A DNA stretch of 64,000 nucleotides from Bdellovibrio sp. (GTDB lineage Bacteria > Bdellovibrionota > Bdellovibrionia > Bdellovibrionales > Bdellovibrionaceae): positions 224,001 to 288,000 of the forward strand of contig JAKFBS010000002.1 of the NCBI GenBank assembly GCA_036677065.1, given 5' to 3'. Below are positions 1-9,371 of this stretch, piece by piece. A model generated the notes under the pieces. The model ran no database searches and was not told the origin of the DNA. It worked only from the letters and a program-made list of their open reading frames with translations. Position 1 is the first letter of the stretch; each line of letters starts with the position of its first letter. A program made the translations under genes and the position numbers.

Positions 1-609
1 CTGCAAGAGATGGTAAAGGTTACAGAAGAAGAGTATAAAGCTTTTTCGATCGATCAGCGTAAGGCTTTTATTTTAAATCTTTACGGAGCTTTGGCTATCA
101 AGGCTGTGCTTGATCAAATTGAAGGTAACAAGATACCGAAAACAATTAAAGCCGGCAGCCGGTTTTTGAACGATATTTTTGATAGAAAGTTTTTTAAATT
201 ATTCGATAAAAAACGCAGTCTGAATTATCTTGAAAAAGACCTGGCCGAAGAATTTGAAAGTGATTTTAAATTTATGGTGGCTTTTGCGTGTGCTGCTAAA
301 GGCTGCCCGCCGCCAGGTTATTACACGGCTGATAATTTAAATAAAACTTTAAATGATGTGATGAAATCGTTTTTGGGCTGGGATAAAAATGTGACTTACA
401 CGATAGCTACAAATGAGCTGATCGCCTGTGATTATTTTAAAGAGCGCAAAAGCATCATTAAGCAGTCTAAAGAATATTCAAGCTTAGAAGACTTTTTAAT
501 TCGTAATGCACCCATTTCTGAATTATTAAAAGACAAAGCATTAAAGAATGAAAACAGTCTTGATTTAGAATTTTCTAAAATGGATTGGTCGCTAAATATT
601 AAACCCTGA
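1..609 (+). CDS. DUF547-like domain protein, probably 5'-truncated by the window edge
   Basis: RKAFILNLYGALAI and VAFACAAKGCPP resemble the DUF547 motifs AFWINAYN and HFALNCASxSCP; frame is open from base 1. Confidence 0.65.
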   Translation: MQEMVKVTEEEYKAFSIDQRKAFILNLYGALAIKAVLDQIEGNKIPKTIKAGSRFLNDIFDRKFFKLFDKKRSLNYLEKDLAEEFESDFKFMVAFACAAKGCPPPGYYTADNLNKTLNDVMKSFLGWDKNVTYTIATNELIACDYFKERKSIIKQSKEYSSLEDFLIRNAPISELLKDKALKNENSLDLEFSKMDWSLNIKP

Positions 610-943
610 AGACAAAATACACAGCGCCAACCATACATAGGCCAGACCACAGGTAATCCAATTTAAACGGGACTTGCATATAGAATGTCGAAAATCCGAT
701 AAACACTAAGATCGTGATCACTTCTTGCATGATCTTTAATTGCGGTAGGGTGTAATGATTAAAACCTAAACGGTTTGCGGGCACCTGAAAACAATATTCA
801 AAAAACGCGATTCCCCAACAGGCCAAGATGACAATCCATAAAGGCGAAGAGTTCATGGTCTTTAAATGCCCATACCAAGCCCAAGTCATGAAGACATTTG
901 AAATCACTAATAAAACTAACGGAAATACAGCATTCGAGGTCAT
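599..943 (-). CDS. DMT family small membrane protein (DUF486-like)
   Basis: SNVFMTWAWYGHLK, WGIAFFEYCFQVPANRLG and QLKIMQEVIT motifs; 114 aa, hydrophobic. Confidence 0.85.
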   Translation of the reverse strand: MTSNAVFPLVLLVISNVFMTWAWYGHLKTMNSSPLWIVILACWGIAFFEYCFQVPANRLGFNHYTLPQLKIMQEVITILVFIGFSTFYMQVPFKLDYLWSGLCMVGAVYFVFRV

Positions 944-2583
944 GACAAATCTTCTTTTGCTTCATCAATTTTTTTGCCGGCCCCCTTAATAGTGGCGTAG
1001 GCATGATTACATAAAAGACTGGCGATGCGGCGGTATTCGCTTAATAAATCTAAATGGATCGAACTGGTGTTGATTGAATCTTGCATACCGCGGTTTAAGC
1101 GCGAGATATGGTTTTCTCTGAAGTTTAATTCAATCTTTGCTAATTCACGTTTTAATTGAATCGCACTTTCACACATTGCAGGGCTATCGTAAGCGTTGAT
1201 TCCCATTGAAGCCACTTTAACAACTTGTGCGTGCATTTGTTTGATTTCGTTCCAGCCTTCATTTGAAAAATATAATTTTAAGGCGTGTTTTTTAATGGCT
1301 AAAGTTCTGATATTGATATCAATTGAATCAGCTGCACGTTCAAGATCTGAAATGAACATGATCATATTCATCACGTTTTGATTAACCACTGAGGCATTTG
1401 AATTAGCCTGGTTTAATAAAAACATTTTAGTTTCGCGGTATAAAAAATCAACTTGGTTATCGCGATCTTTAATCGACTGCACTAACACCGGGTCTTCTTC
1501 TTCGAATAAAACCACAGAATCTTTCAACATGCTGATCACGATATCTGCACAACGCATGATTTCACGCTGCGCGTATGAAATCGCTAAAGCCGTGTTATCG
1601 TAATTGTTCATCGCTAGGTATTCAGTGCCAAATTCTTCTTGTAAACCTTTAGGAAACATCTTTTGAATCAGCTGTGAACCTTTAGAAATAAACGGGTAAA
1701 AAAGCATTGCTGATCCAATATTAAAGAAAAAATGTGCATTGGCGATCAGGCGCGAAGATGTCGTTTGAAACTGGCTGACGAATTCAATAAAGTACGTCGT
1801 TAGCGGGTAAAATATTATTACGCTTAGGGCTTTGTAAAAGAAATGCGCCCAAGCCACTTGTTTGCCGATATAGTTGCTGCCGGCAGCCATGTAAAGAGCA
1901 GTTGATGTGGTGCCGATGTTTGCGCCGTAAACCCAGATAATCGCATCATGAGTCGAAATCACACCTGCAGCACATAAGCTCATCGCAAGACCGATGGTGA
2001 TTGCAGAGCTATGCACAAAAGCACAAAAAATCACAGCGGCGAAAAACGAATACGCCGAGTTTTCTTTTAAGCCGGTAAAAAAATCAGCTAAGAATGAAAG
2101 TTGCGCAAAATAATGCGAACTAATCGAAATCATTTTTAAACCTAAAAATAGCATCGCAAAACCCATCACAACTGTGCTTAGGTTTTTTAGAGCAGGCTTT
2201 TTGCTGACGAAAAATCCGCCAAAGCCTAAAATAAATAATGGCAATGCATACTGAGATAAATCAAACGAGATCAATTGCACGGTTAACGTCGAACCAATCG
2301 CTGTGCCGATGATCACGCCCATGACTTGCGGTAATTGAATCACGCGCGCACTGCCAAGGCCCACAAGCATGCTGGTTACAGCGCCCGAACTTTGTAAGAT
2401 CGAAGTTAAACCAACACCCACACCGATTGACAGCAAACTTGATTTAGAAAGTTTGGTCATTAGCAGCGTGATTCTTTGGGCCATTAACTTTTCAAGTGAG
2501 CCAGAAGCCATTGAGCTTCCGTAAAGAAAAAACGCGATACCTGCCAAGAAAATTACAATGTGACTATTTTGAAGATCGATCAT
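940..2583 (-). CDS. Na/Pi cotransporter family protein with C-terminal PhoU-like domain
   Basis: Duplicated QSS/HSS and GTAIGST/GANIGTT repeats; helical C-terminal region with DLERAAD. Confidence 0.9.
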   Translation of the reverse strand: MIDLQNSHIVIFLAGIAFFLYGSSMASGSLEKLMAQRITLLMTKLSKSSLLSIGVGVGLTSILQSSGAVTSMLVGLGSARVIQLPQVMGVIIGTAIGSTLTVQLISFDLSQYALPLFILGFGGFFVSKKPALKNLSTVVMGFAMLFLGLKMISISSHYFAQLSFLADFFTGLKENSAYSFFAAVIFCAFVHSSAITIGLAMSLCAAGVISTHDAIIWVYGANIGTTSTALYMAAGSNYIGKQVAWAHFFYKALSVIIFYPLTTYFIEFVSQFQTTSSRLIANAHFFFNIGSAMLFYPFISKGSQLIQKMFPKGLQEEFGTEYLAMNNYDNTALAISYAQREIMRCADIVISMLKDSVVLFEEEDPVLVQSIKDRDNQVDFLYRETKMFLLNQANSNASVVNQNVMNMIMFISDLERAADSIDINIRTLAIKKHALKLYFSNEGWNEIKQMHAQVVKVASMGINAYDSPAMCESAIQLKRELAKIELNFRENHISRLNRGMQDSINTSSIHLDLLSEYRRIASLLCNHAYATIKGAGKKIDEAKEDLS

Positions 2584-2614
2584 ACCATTTTATAATACAA
2601 GGATTTATGTCGTA

Positions 2615-3019
2615 ATGGCAAATACAGATGTCTTACAAGTAGTAGCATTAGCGCTTTTTCACCCCGTCAGAAAAAGATACCTGATCGTACGCAGAAACGC
2701 CCAGCAAAATTCAGGAGCAGGGCAGTGGGAGTTTCCGGGCGGAAAAATCGAAGCTAACGAATCACAAACACAGGCTTTGGTACGTGAAACGCTAGAAGAA
2801 CTTGGGTTAACGGTGAATGAGGCTGACTTAAAATTCATTCACAACAATCAATATCAGTACCCACAAAGAATCGTAGAAATTCATCTTTACCGCTATGACA
2901 AAGCTATTGATGATTTCATGTTGGTTGATCACGATTTGCACGCCTGGGTTGACGAGACTGAGATCACGACTTTCGATTTAGCACCGGCAGATATTCCGTT
3001 TATTAAATTTCTATATTAA
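2615..3019 (+). CDS. NUDIX hydrolase, MutT/NudG-like
   Basis: WEFPGGKIEANESQTQALVRETLEELGL Nudix box; C-terminal LAPADIP. Confidence 0.85.
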   Translation: MANTDVLQVVALALFHPVRKRYLIVRRNAQQNSGAGQWEFPGGKIEANESQTQALVRETLEELGLTVNEADLKFIHNNQYQYPQRIVEIHLYRYDKAIDDFMLVDHDLHAWVDETEITTFDLAPADIPFIKFLY

Positions 3020-3417
3020 TCTAAAAAGTATTTTCGTTCTTGGAGCGTAGGCAGGCGGCACATTTCTGATTTGCCAAAGATGCGGTAGCGGTATTTAGCG
3101 ACCAGCTCGTAAAAAAAATCTGAAATAAAACTCGGCAAAATATGTAACATAATGCTTATCGGTTTATAAATGCCACCGATATCACCAAGCAAATAAGCCA
3201 CAGCTTTCGAGCGGCGATAGATTTTGCCGTCACGAAAATACACCACATAGTCAAGACCAAGGTCTTGCTGTGGCAGCATTTCATGGGCAGTTGATCCTTG
3301 TAATGGAGCAAAATAGATTTCGCCTTCAGAAAATCTTGGCAGGCAGAAATCAACAAGTGAACTGCATAAGTGGCAGACGCCATCGAAAAAAAGGATTCTT
3401 TTCGTATTTTCTTTCAT
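3016..3417 (-). CDS. DCC1-like thiol-disulfide oxidoreductase (DUF393)
   Basis: FFDGVCHLC, FAPLQ and YELVAKYRYRIFGK..C motifs. Confidence 0.85.
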   Translation of the reverse strand: MKENTKRILFFDGVCHLCSSLVDFCLPRFSEGEIYFAPLQGSTAHEMLPQQDLGLDYVVYFRDGKIYRRSKAVAYLLGDIGGIYKPISIMLHILPSFISDFFYELVAKYRYRIFGKSEMCRLPTLQERKYFLD

Positions 3418-3446
3418 CGACTTTATGATACACTTTTTTTAAGCAG

Positions 3447-4034
3447 ATGAAATGTTTTGTTTTCCCGCTCACGCACGCAAACTTATTTCCCCTTACCACA
3501 AAGCCATTAAATATCTTTGAGCCGCGTTATTTGCAGATGATCGAAGACTCTTTAGCCACAAAAACCCCAATAGCCTTAGCGTATGTGCCAGAAAACGGTG
3601 ACACGTTTCGTTCAATCGCAGGATTTGGCTTGCCACAGGTCATTGATCAAAGACCGAACGATAACTTGCTAATTTTTTTACCCGGGCAGGGCAAGCTTCG
3701 TATTCTTGTTGAAGATACGGTGACTGATAAGCCATACATCGTTGCAGACTGTGAAATCGTTAATGAAGATTTGTTTTTAGATGAATCTTTACAGTCGAAA
3801 TACAATACGTTGCATACGCTTTTAGTTCAGTGGGTGCAAAAGCATATTCCAGATCAAGAACAGCGTGATATTTTTATTCGCAGTCTTAAAGGGCCGCAAG
3901 AGACTGTGTCTGCGTTTGCTGCGTATTTGATTCGTGATTATGATTTGCAATATGAAATGATGGAGATTTTTAATATCAATGATCAGATTCGTTATTTGCA
4001 TCGTCTTTATGAGTCTAATGAACTTACGATTTGA
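3447..4034 (+). CDS. Stand-alone LON substrate-binding (N-terminal) domain protein
   Basis: VFPL...LFP...PLNIFEPRYLQMI motif; no AAA or protease domain. Confidence 0.85.
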   Translation: MKCFVFPLTHANLFPLTTKPLNIFEPRYLQMIEDSLATKTPIALAYVPENGDTFRSIAGFGLPQVIDQRPNDNLLIFLPGQGKLRILVEDTVTDKPYIVADCEIVNEDLFLDESLQSKYNTLHTLLVQWVQKHIPDQEQRDIFIRSLKGPQETVSAFAAYLIRDYDLQYEMMEIFNINDQIRYLHRLYESNELTI

Positions 4035-4043
4035 TAACCAATT

Positions 4044-4697
4044 ATGCTTAAAATAAAACTGCCTTTATTGTCTGTATTCGCCATAGTATTTTTAAATTTC
4101 ATGTTGGATGTATTTGGTGTGTTTTCGTACAATACCCAAACCGTTTTATCTATTATCGTTTTAGGTATTGTACTAGCGTTTGATTTTTTTATGCTTGTAC
4201 TACTTTGGAGAAAACCAGAACGAGGTACCCTTACTGTTGTAACACTGTTTTTAATTGTATTAGGAGTTTTTGCCACAAATAGTTACGCTAATGTCTATGG
4301 TGGTTTGGAAAATTTTAAATTCAATGTTTCTATGAGAGTAGTTATTATTTTTTCGGTAATCATTTACGCTCTTTATTGGAAAAAGGGGGCGTCACAGTTG
4401 CATTGGGCTGGTAAATCTTTTTTCTTACTTTCGATTGTTATAACAATATTATCTTTTTCTAAATTACTAAATATTGTAGCTGACACCAGTGTTGAAATTA
4501 CACAATCTTTCGAAATCTATGAAAAATATTTCAGCAATTTAGAAGGACGATCATTTCATTTTAAAATAGCCTCTAAAGAATTTGGTCACATTATTGTTGA
4601 TGAGTCTACATTTGATAGATTTAAAAAAGGTGATCGGATTCCACTTCGAATTAAGCAAGGTGCATTTGGTGAACCTTGGATTTCTAAAATAGACTGA
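4044..4697 (+). CDS. Hypothetical multi-pass membrane protein
   Basis: 217-aa ORF with about 5 hydrophobic segments; visibly AT-rich. Confidence 0.6.
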   Translation: MLKIKLPLLSVFAIVFLNFMLDVFGVFSYNTQTVLSIIVLGIVLAFDFFMLVLLWRKPERGTLTVVTLFLIVLGVFATNSYANVYGGLENFKFNVSMRVVIIFSVIIYALYWKKGASQLHWAGKSFFLLSIVITILSFSKLLNIVADTSVEITQSFEIYEKYFSNLEGRSFHFKIASKEFGHIIVDESTFDRFKKGDRIPLRIKQGAFGEPWISKID

Positions 4698-4726
4698 GTG
4701 GCATTTAGGGCTAACGATTAATAAAC

Positions 4727-5863
4727 TCAACGCGGATACTGGTCGCTCGGTACGATAGTGATAATGCGATCTGGAGTCAGAAACTTCTGTAGCGTAAAGC
4801 GTGGATGTTCAACACCACCAACACTTTGTCCCGGAAGAACACCGATACGCTCCCACTCTGCTTGCGCAGATTCTGGCGCTTCAAATTGAAGAGCATGGCC
4901 ACCAGCGGTGTCAGTCACAAACCAACCGTAATCTCTAAGTGCTGTGAAGATAATTTTAATCGCCCGTTTTTTCTGAATACTAAGGCCAGAGTAAGTTGCG
5001 ATGAAGGCATCGATTTCACTATCAGTGGCTTTTAAAGCAAAGCGCATTCCTTCTGGAATGTTTCCGACTTTGCCTGGGTGTTCCAGTTTTGTTGCAGGTG
5101 CTACATAGTACTGACCAGAGGTTCCGATGATCGGCATTGAAAGAGCATGTTCAATCACGCCTTTTTCGATTTCCCAAGGGCGTACTAACATTGCGAGATA
5201 GTTGATTCCTACACCGCGAGAACCCGAACACTTTGTTGCATTTGTGTCCCAGTTATTTGTTAGGTAATCGCCTGGGCATAAATTTCCATTACCGACCGTG
5301 ATTTGTTTGGTCGCGGTGTCCACGACCATATCCCACAAATTCCATTCTCTTCCAGAAGCTGCATCTAAAATTATTGTTTGAGCATCGGTTCCAGCATTTG
5401 GTAGCCAAGCAGGATTATAAGGAATAGTTTTTCCATTCAAGTTACCCCAGTTGTTTTTATCTTTGATCAGATACATATCAGTGGCTTTTGTCGCATCATA
5501 AACTGGGTAGGTGTATTTTCTAAAATTAAGTTCTGGTAAGTTGCCGTTAAAATCTTCCCATAAAAAATCCGCAAACTTTTTGCTCTCGGGATGCAATGGC
5601 AGATTTTTTACCGGAATATTCCACGGGGCTTTTGCGCCGTAAGGACGAACGCCGGTAAAGGCGCGAACCGGTGCTGAAGCTACTGGAGTCGGCGTGGGCG
5701 TTGGTGTCGGAGTTGGTGGCGTAACGACTGGAGGTGTTGCGGGTGGAGTGGTTGGCGGAGCTGCTGTAGTGGATTCTTGAGAGCGCTTAGCTTCAAGCTT
5801 TTCTTCTCGTGAAGGGCTACAACCAACTAAACATAGAATTGAAAAAAATAATATCAAACGCAT
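4727..5863 (-). CDS. Hypothetical lipoprotein with Pro/Thr-rich stalk and globular domain of unknown function
   Basis: Start moved to ATG 5863 (MRLILFFSILCLVGC, lipobox LVGC); PPTTPP...PTPTPTPTPTP linker. Confidence 0.7.
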   Translation of the reverse strand: MRLILFFSILCLVGCSPSREEKLEAKRSQESTTAAPPTTPPATPPVVTPPTPTPTPTPTPVASAPVRAFTGVRPYGAKAPWNIPVKNLPLHPESKKFADFLWEDFNGNLPELNFRKYTYPVYDATKATDMYLIKDKNNWGNLNGKTIPYNPAWLPNAGTDAQTIILDAASGREWNLWDMVVDTATKQITVGNGNLCPGDYLTNNWDTNATKCSGSRGVGINYLAMLVRPWEIEKGVIEHALSMPIIGTSGQYYVAPATKLEHPGKVGNIPEGMRFALKATDSEIDAFIATYSGLSIQKKRAIKIIFTALRDYGWFVTDTAGGHALQFEAPESAQAEWERIGVLPGQSVGGVEHPRFTLQKFLTPDRIITIVPSDQYPR

Positions 5864-5870
5864 ATTTCTA

Positions 5871-5878
5871 TTTTCGGT
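5871..5878 (-). promoter_or_regulatory. Candidate sigma28-like -10 element (ACCGAAAA), 7 nt before ATG 5863
   Basis: Partial match to GCCGATAA; no well-spaced -35. Confidence 0.35.
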
Positions 5879-5913
5879 TGAAACAAGAGCGAACAAAATT
5901 TAAATCTGGATTG

Positions 5914-5928
5914 ATCTCAGTTTGAAAC
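5914..5928. promoter_or_regulatory. Palindromic box ATCTCA-GTT-TGAAAC
   Basis: Reverse complement GTTTCAAACTGAGAT differs by 2 nt from the box at 15409. Confidence 0.45.
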
Positions 5929-6064
5929 TTAAATTTAAATTATTGCTAGTCACAGTGGATACAGCTTAGTCAGTTGTGTTGATTGTTTTCTCTGGCTAAC
6001 GAATTAATGATCATCACAAGCTGAGAACTTGCCTGCGCATAAAAGGGCATGTTGGAATAGCTGT

Positions 6065-6361
6065 ATGGATTGGCGAACAGATAAAAAAAATCTCTATGCA
6101 ATAACTATAGTGGCTTTAATTGGTATAGGTACTGCAATTTTTGCTTATGAAAGTACAAAAAAATCTTATAGGGCTGAAGGATTTAATGATGGCTCGATAA
6201 TGCAAAGAGAAGGAATTATCGAAAAATTAAACAGCATTAAGAAAATAGAAAATTGTTCTCAATCGTCATCCGAATTGATCGAAGTATTTTCGGTCAAGGC
6301 GACAAGCGTTTATGTGCAAAAAACTAATGATGTCAGTTTTCACTTTTGCCTGATGCGGTAA
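6065..6361 (+). CDS. Small hypothetical protein with N-terminal TM helix
   Basis: ATG 6065 (MDWRTDKK), one hydrophobic helix, two Cys; overlaps the ctaA 3' end. Confidence 0.5.
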   Translation: MDWRTDKKNLYAITIVALIGIGTAIFAYESTKKSYRAEGFNDGSIMQREGIIEKLNSIKKIENCSQSSSELIEVFSVKATSVYVQKTNDVSFHFCLMR

Positions 6362-7193
6362 CGTTTTTCCAGTTTAAACTTAAAAACCGCGCCCATAGGA
6401 TATGTGCAATTCCTAAATGAGCAATCTTTAAAGCTACCGGGCTTAAAGTCACTAACGTAATCACCCCGATGAACATCGCAAATAAAATCTCTAAAGCAAA
6501 GCGTGATTGATTTTTCATAAATAACCAAATCATAAATCCAGACATAATCGTAACAGCTAAAAATGGATGTACGATGCGCAGCTTGATAAAGATATGTGAA
6601 TCATGACTGAAATCTTCGATGATGCCTTGAAGTAATGAAATGCTTGGAAAGAGCGTCACTGAAAGCGCAGCAATGGCGCCGCTGACTGAAACCACTAAGA
6701 ACAACAATAACTTCTTAGAAAATTTAAAATTAAATTCAGGGTTGATCGATTTAAACAATAAATAAGTAACCCCAGTTAACATAAAACTATTCAATTGATG
6801 CAGTATCATAAAAAATAAACGTAGATAAGAATCATCAACACTTACTAATTTTAACTTAACTAATAAAGCACCAACCAACGCTTCAGAGATCATTAAACAA
6901 AGTAAAGCCACATTTAAATTTCTAACCAGCTTGCGGCCATGATTACGAAGCTTAAAGAAAATAAAGATAACAATAATTCCATAAACACCAGTCATCAACC
7001 GGTGCGAGTATTCAATAAACGTCTTCTTCTGCGTAAGATCCGGAATAAATTCGCCAGTACACAATGGCCAATGATCACCGCAACCATCGCCAGAATGTGA
7101 AATACGAACCCAGGCTCCCCAGAAAATCACGATCAAAGTGTAAACCCAAAACATGAGTAATAAATTCGAGGTTTTCTTTTCTTGCGCAGTCAT
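6333..7193 (-). CDS. ctaA: Heme A synthase, COX15/CtaA family
   Basis: GAWVR..SGDGCGDHWPLC, EYSHR and further TM His (ILHQ, IVHP, IAHL). Confidence 0.85.
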   Translation of the reverse strand: MTAQEKKTSNLLLMFWVYTLIVIFWGAWVRISHSGDGCGDHWPLCTGEFIPDLTQKKTFIEYSHRLMTGVYGIIVIFIFFKLRNHGRKLVRNLNVALLCLMISEALVGALLVKLKLVSVDDSYLRLFFMILHQLNSFMLTGVTYLLFKSINPEFNFKFSKKLLLFLVVSVSGAIAALSVTLFPSISLLQGIIEDFSHDSHIFIKLRIVHPFLAVTIMSGFMIWLFMKNQSRFALEILFAMFIGVITLVTLSPVALKIAHLGIAHILWARFLSLNWKNVTASGKSEN

Positions 7194-7198
7194 AAAGA

Positions 7199-7999
7199 TT
7201 AGTCTTTCAAGCGGTGGTTATTAAAAATACTTAAAGCCTTTTTGTAATCAGAACGGCTGTATTTTAAAATATCAGGAATATAGTTAAAGTAAAAACGAAG
7301 CGATGTTAAATTATTTTTCGTCATGCAACGGCCACGGTTACGCTGAAAAAGCTCGTAAGTGTAAAAACGATCTTTATGGCAAGTTTTACCGATCTTATGA
7401 CGAAACACCGTCGTGTCGTCATAACCTAAAGTGATTTTGTGCTGGTGCGCACGTAAACTGAAATCAACGTCTTCCCAGTAAGTGTGAAAACGTTCATCAA
7501 AGCCCTGAAGCTTAGCAAAAGCTTCTTGATTAATCCAAAATGCCGTTCCCGGAATATAAGTAATATCTTTGTGCTTATGGTCGGTTAAATTTTTAAGATG
7601 TTTTAATTTACCAGTACGGGGATTCAAAGCTCCCATCACTGAATCAACTTCTTCAGAATTGCGGCGAAGCAATTTGACCGAACTAAAATGTTTCGGTGCC
7701 GCCGAAGGCAGCGAAATAGCCTCTGTATCGTTAGTTAAAAACAAAACGTCAGAAAAATGCTTCAGCGTTTCTTTTAATGTCGCATTCGCGCCACCCGAGA
7801 AGCCTTTGTTTTCAGAAATATCGATGTGGCGGATGTCAGGAAATTCAGACTTTAGCTTAGCAACGTGTTTTTCTAAGCTTCCGTTGTGAGTCAAAAAAAC
7901 ATTTTCAGCAGCCACATGGAGCAAAACACTTTTGAGGCATTTTGCTGTGAGTTCAGGATGGTTGTAAGATAAAACCGAGACACCATAGGGCTTTTTCAT
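7199..7999 (-). CDS. Glycosyltransferase family 2
   Basis: VLSYN, ENKGFSGGAN, FLTND and GFDERFHTYWEDVDFSLR motifs. Confidence 0.88.
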   Translation of the reverse strand: MKKPYGVSVLSYNHPELTAKCLKSVLLHVAAENVFLTHNGSLEKHVAKLKSEFPDIRHIDISENKGFSGGANATLKETLKHFSDVLFLTNDTEAISLPSAAPKHFSSVKLLRRNSEEVDSVMGALNPRTGKLKHLKNLTDHKHKDITYIPGTAFWINQEAFAKLQGFDERFHTYWEDVDFSLRAHQHKITLGYDDTTVFRHKIGKTCHKDRFYTYELFQRNRGRCMTKNNLTSLRFYFNYIPDILKYSRSDYKKALSIFNNHRLKD

Positions 8000-8066
8000 G
8001 AGCTTTTTTTAAACCTAAAGTAAAAAAGGTTCAAATAGAAGTTTTTAACATGTTAGGCTATTGCTG

Positions 8067-9371
8067 ATGAATAAGACATACACCTTGTTTTGGTTTAGAC
8101 GTGACCTGCGATTATTCGATAATGCAGCCTTATGGCATGCTTTAAAGCACGAATCTAACGTTTTACCTGTGTTTATATTCGATCAAGAGATCTTAAAGAA
8201 ATTGCCCGAAAACGACCTGCGCGTTCAATTTATTCATGAAACCGTAACAACCCTTAAAAAAGAGCTGCAAAAAAAGAAGTGCGATCTGATAGTCGAACAC
8301 GGTAGCCCCGTTGAAGTTTTTAAAAAGTTATTAGAAACCTATCAAGTTAAAGCCATTTACACAAATCACGATTACGAACCCTATGCCCGCACGCGCGACG
8401 AAAATATTGCTAAGCTTTGCACAAAAAATAAAACCGAATTTAAAACATTTAAAGATCAAGTCATCTTTGAAAAAAACGAAATCGTCACTGATCAAGAAAA
8501 TCCTTATACGGCGTACACCCCATATAAGAAAAAATGGCTTAAAGCGATGTCGCCGTTTTATTTAAAATCCTATCCGGTCGAAATTTACGAATCAAATTAC
8601 GCCAAAATAAAACCAACAAATATGGCAAGCCTTAAACAACTAGGCTTCAAAGAACAGAAATTTGTATTTCCAGAATCTTCAGTTACAGCCAGCATATTAA
8701 AAAACTATGCAAAAACCAGAGACCTTCCGGCATTAGATTCTGGAACCAGTCACTTAGGCTTGCATTTACGTTTCGGCACAGTGTCTGTGCGTGAACTGGC
8801 CCGTGAAGCAAAGAAATATTCAGAGGTATGGTTAAGTGAATTAATCTGGCGCGAATTTTTCATGCAAGTGCTATGGCATTTTCCACACGTCGAAAAACAA
8901 AGCTTCAGACCCCAGTATGATAAAGTTGCCTGGCGCACGAATAAATCAGAACTCGAGCGTTGGAAGAACGGCCAGACCGGTTACCCGATGGTCGATGCAG
9001 GCATGCGCGAATTAAATGCGACAGGGCATATGCATAACCGCGTGCGCATGGTGACTGCGTCGTTTTTAACAAAACATTTACTTCACTACTGGCTTGAAGG
9101 TGAGCGTTATTTTGCCGAAAAGTTATTAGATTTCGATTTAGCTGCAAATAACGGTAATTGGCAGTGGGCTGCAGGTACAGGCTGTGATGCGGCTCCATAT
9201 TTTAGGATTTTTAATCCTGAATCGCAGCTTGAACGTTTTGATCCAAAAATAGAATATATTAAAAAATGGATTCCAGAATTTGGAACTGCAGAATATGTAA
9301 AACCAATGGTTGAACACAAATTCGCACGTGAGCGCGCGCTCGCTGAATTTAAAAAAGGACTTGGAAAATGA
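8067..9371 (+). CDS. phrB: Deoxyribodipyrimidine (CPD) photolyase
   Basis: WFRRDLRLFDNAAL, ELIWREFF, GQTGYPMVDAGMREL, MHNRVRM and NNGNWQW motifs; start is ATG 8067 or TTG 8061. Confidence 0.92.
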   Translation: MNKTYTLFWFRRDLRLFDNAALWHALKHESNVLPVFIFDQEILKKLPENDLRVQFIHETVTTLKKELQKKKCDLIVEHGSPVEVFKKLLETYQVKAIYTNHDYEPYARTRDENIAKLCTKNKTEFKTFKDQVIFEKNEIVTDQENPYTAYTPYKKKWLKAMSPFYLKSYPVEIYESNYAKIKPTNMASLKQLGFKEQKFVFPESSVTASILKNYAKTRDLPALDSGTSHLGLHLRFGTVSVRELAREAKKYSEVWLSELIWREFFMQVLWHFPHVEKQSFRPQYDKVAWRTNKSELERWKNGQTGYPMVDAGMRELNATGHMHNRVRMVTASFLTKHLLHYWLEGERYFAEKLLDFDLAANNGNWQWAAGTGCDAAPYFRIFNPESQLERFDPKIEYIKKWIPEFGTAEYVKPMVEHKFARERALAEFKKGLGK

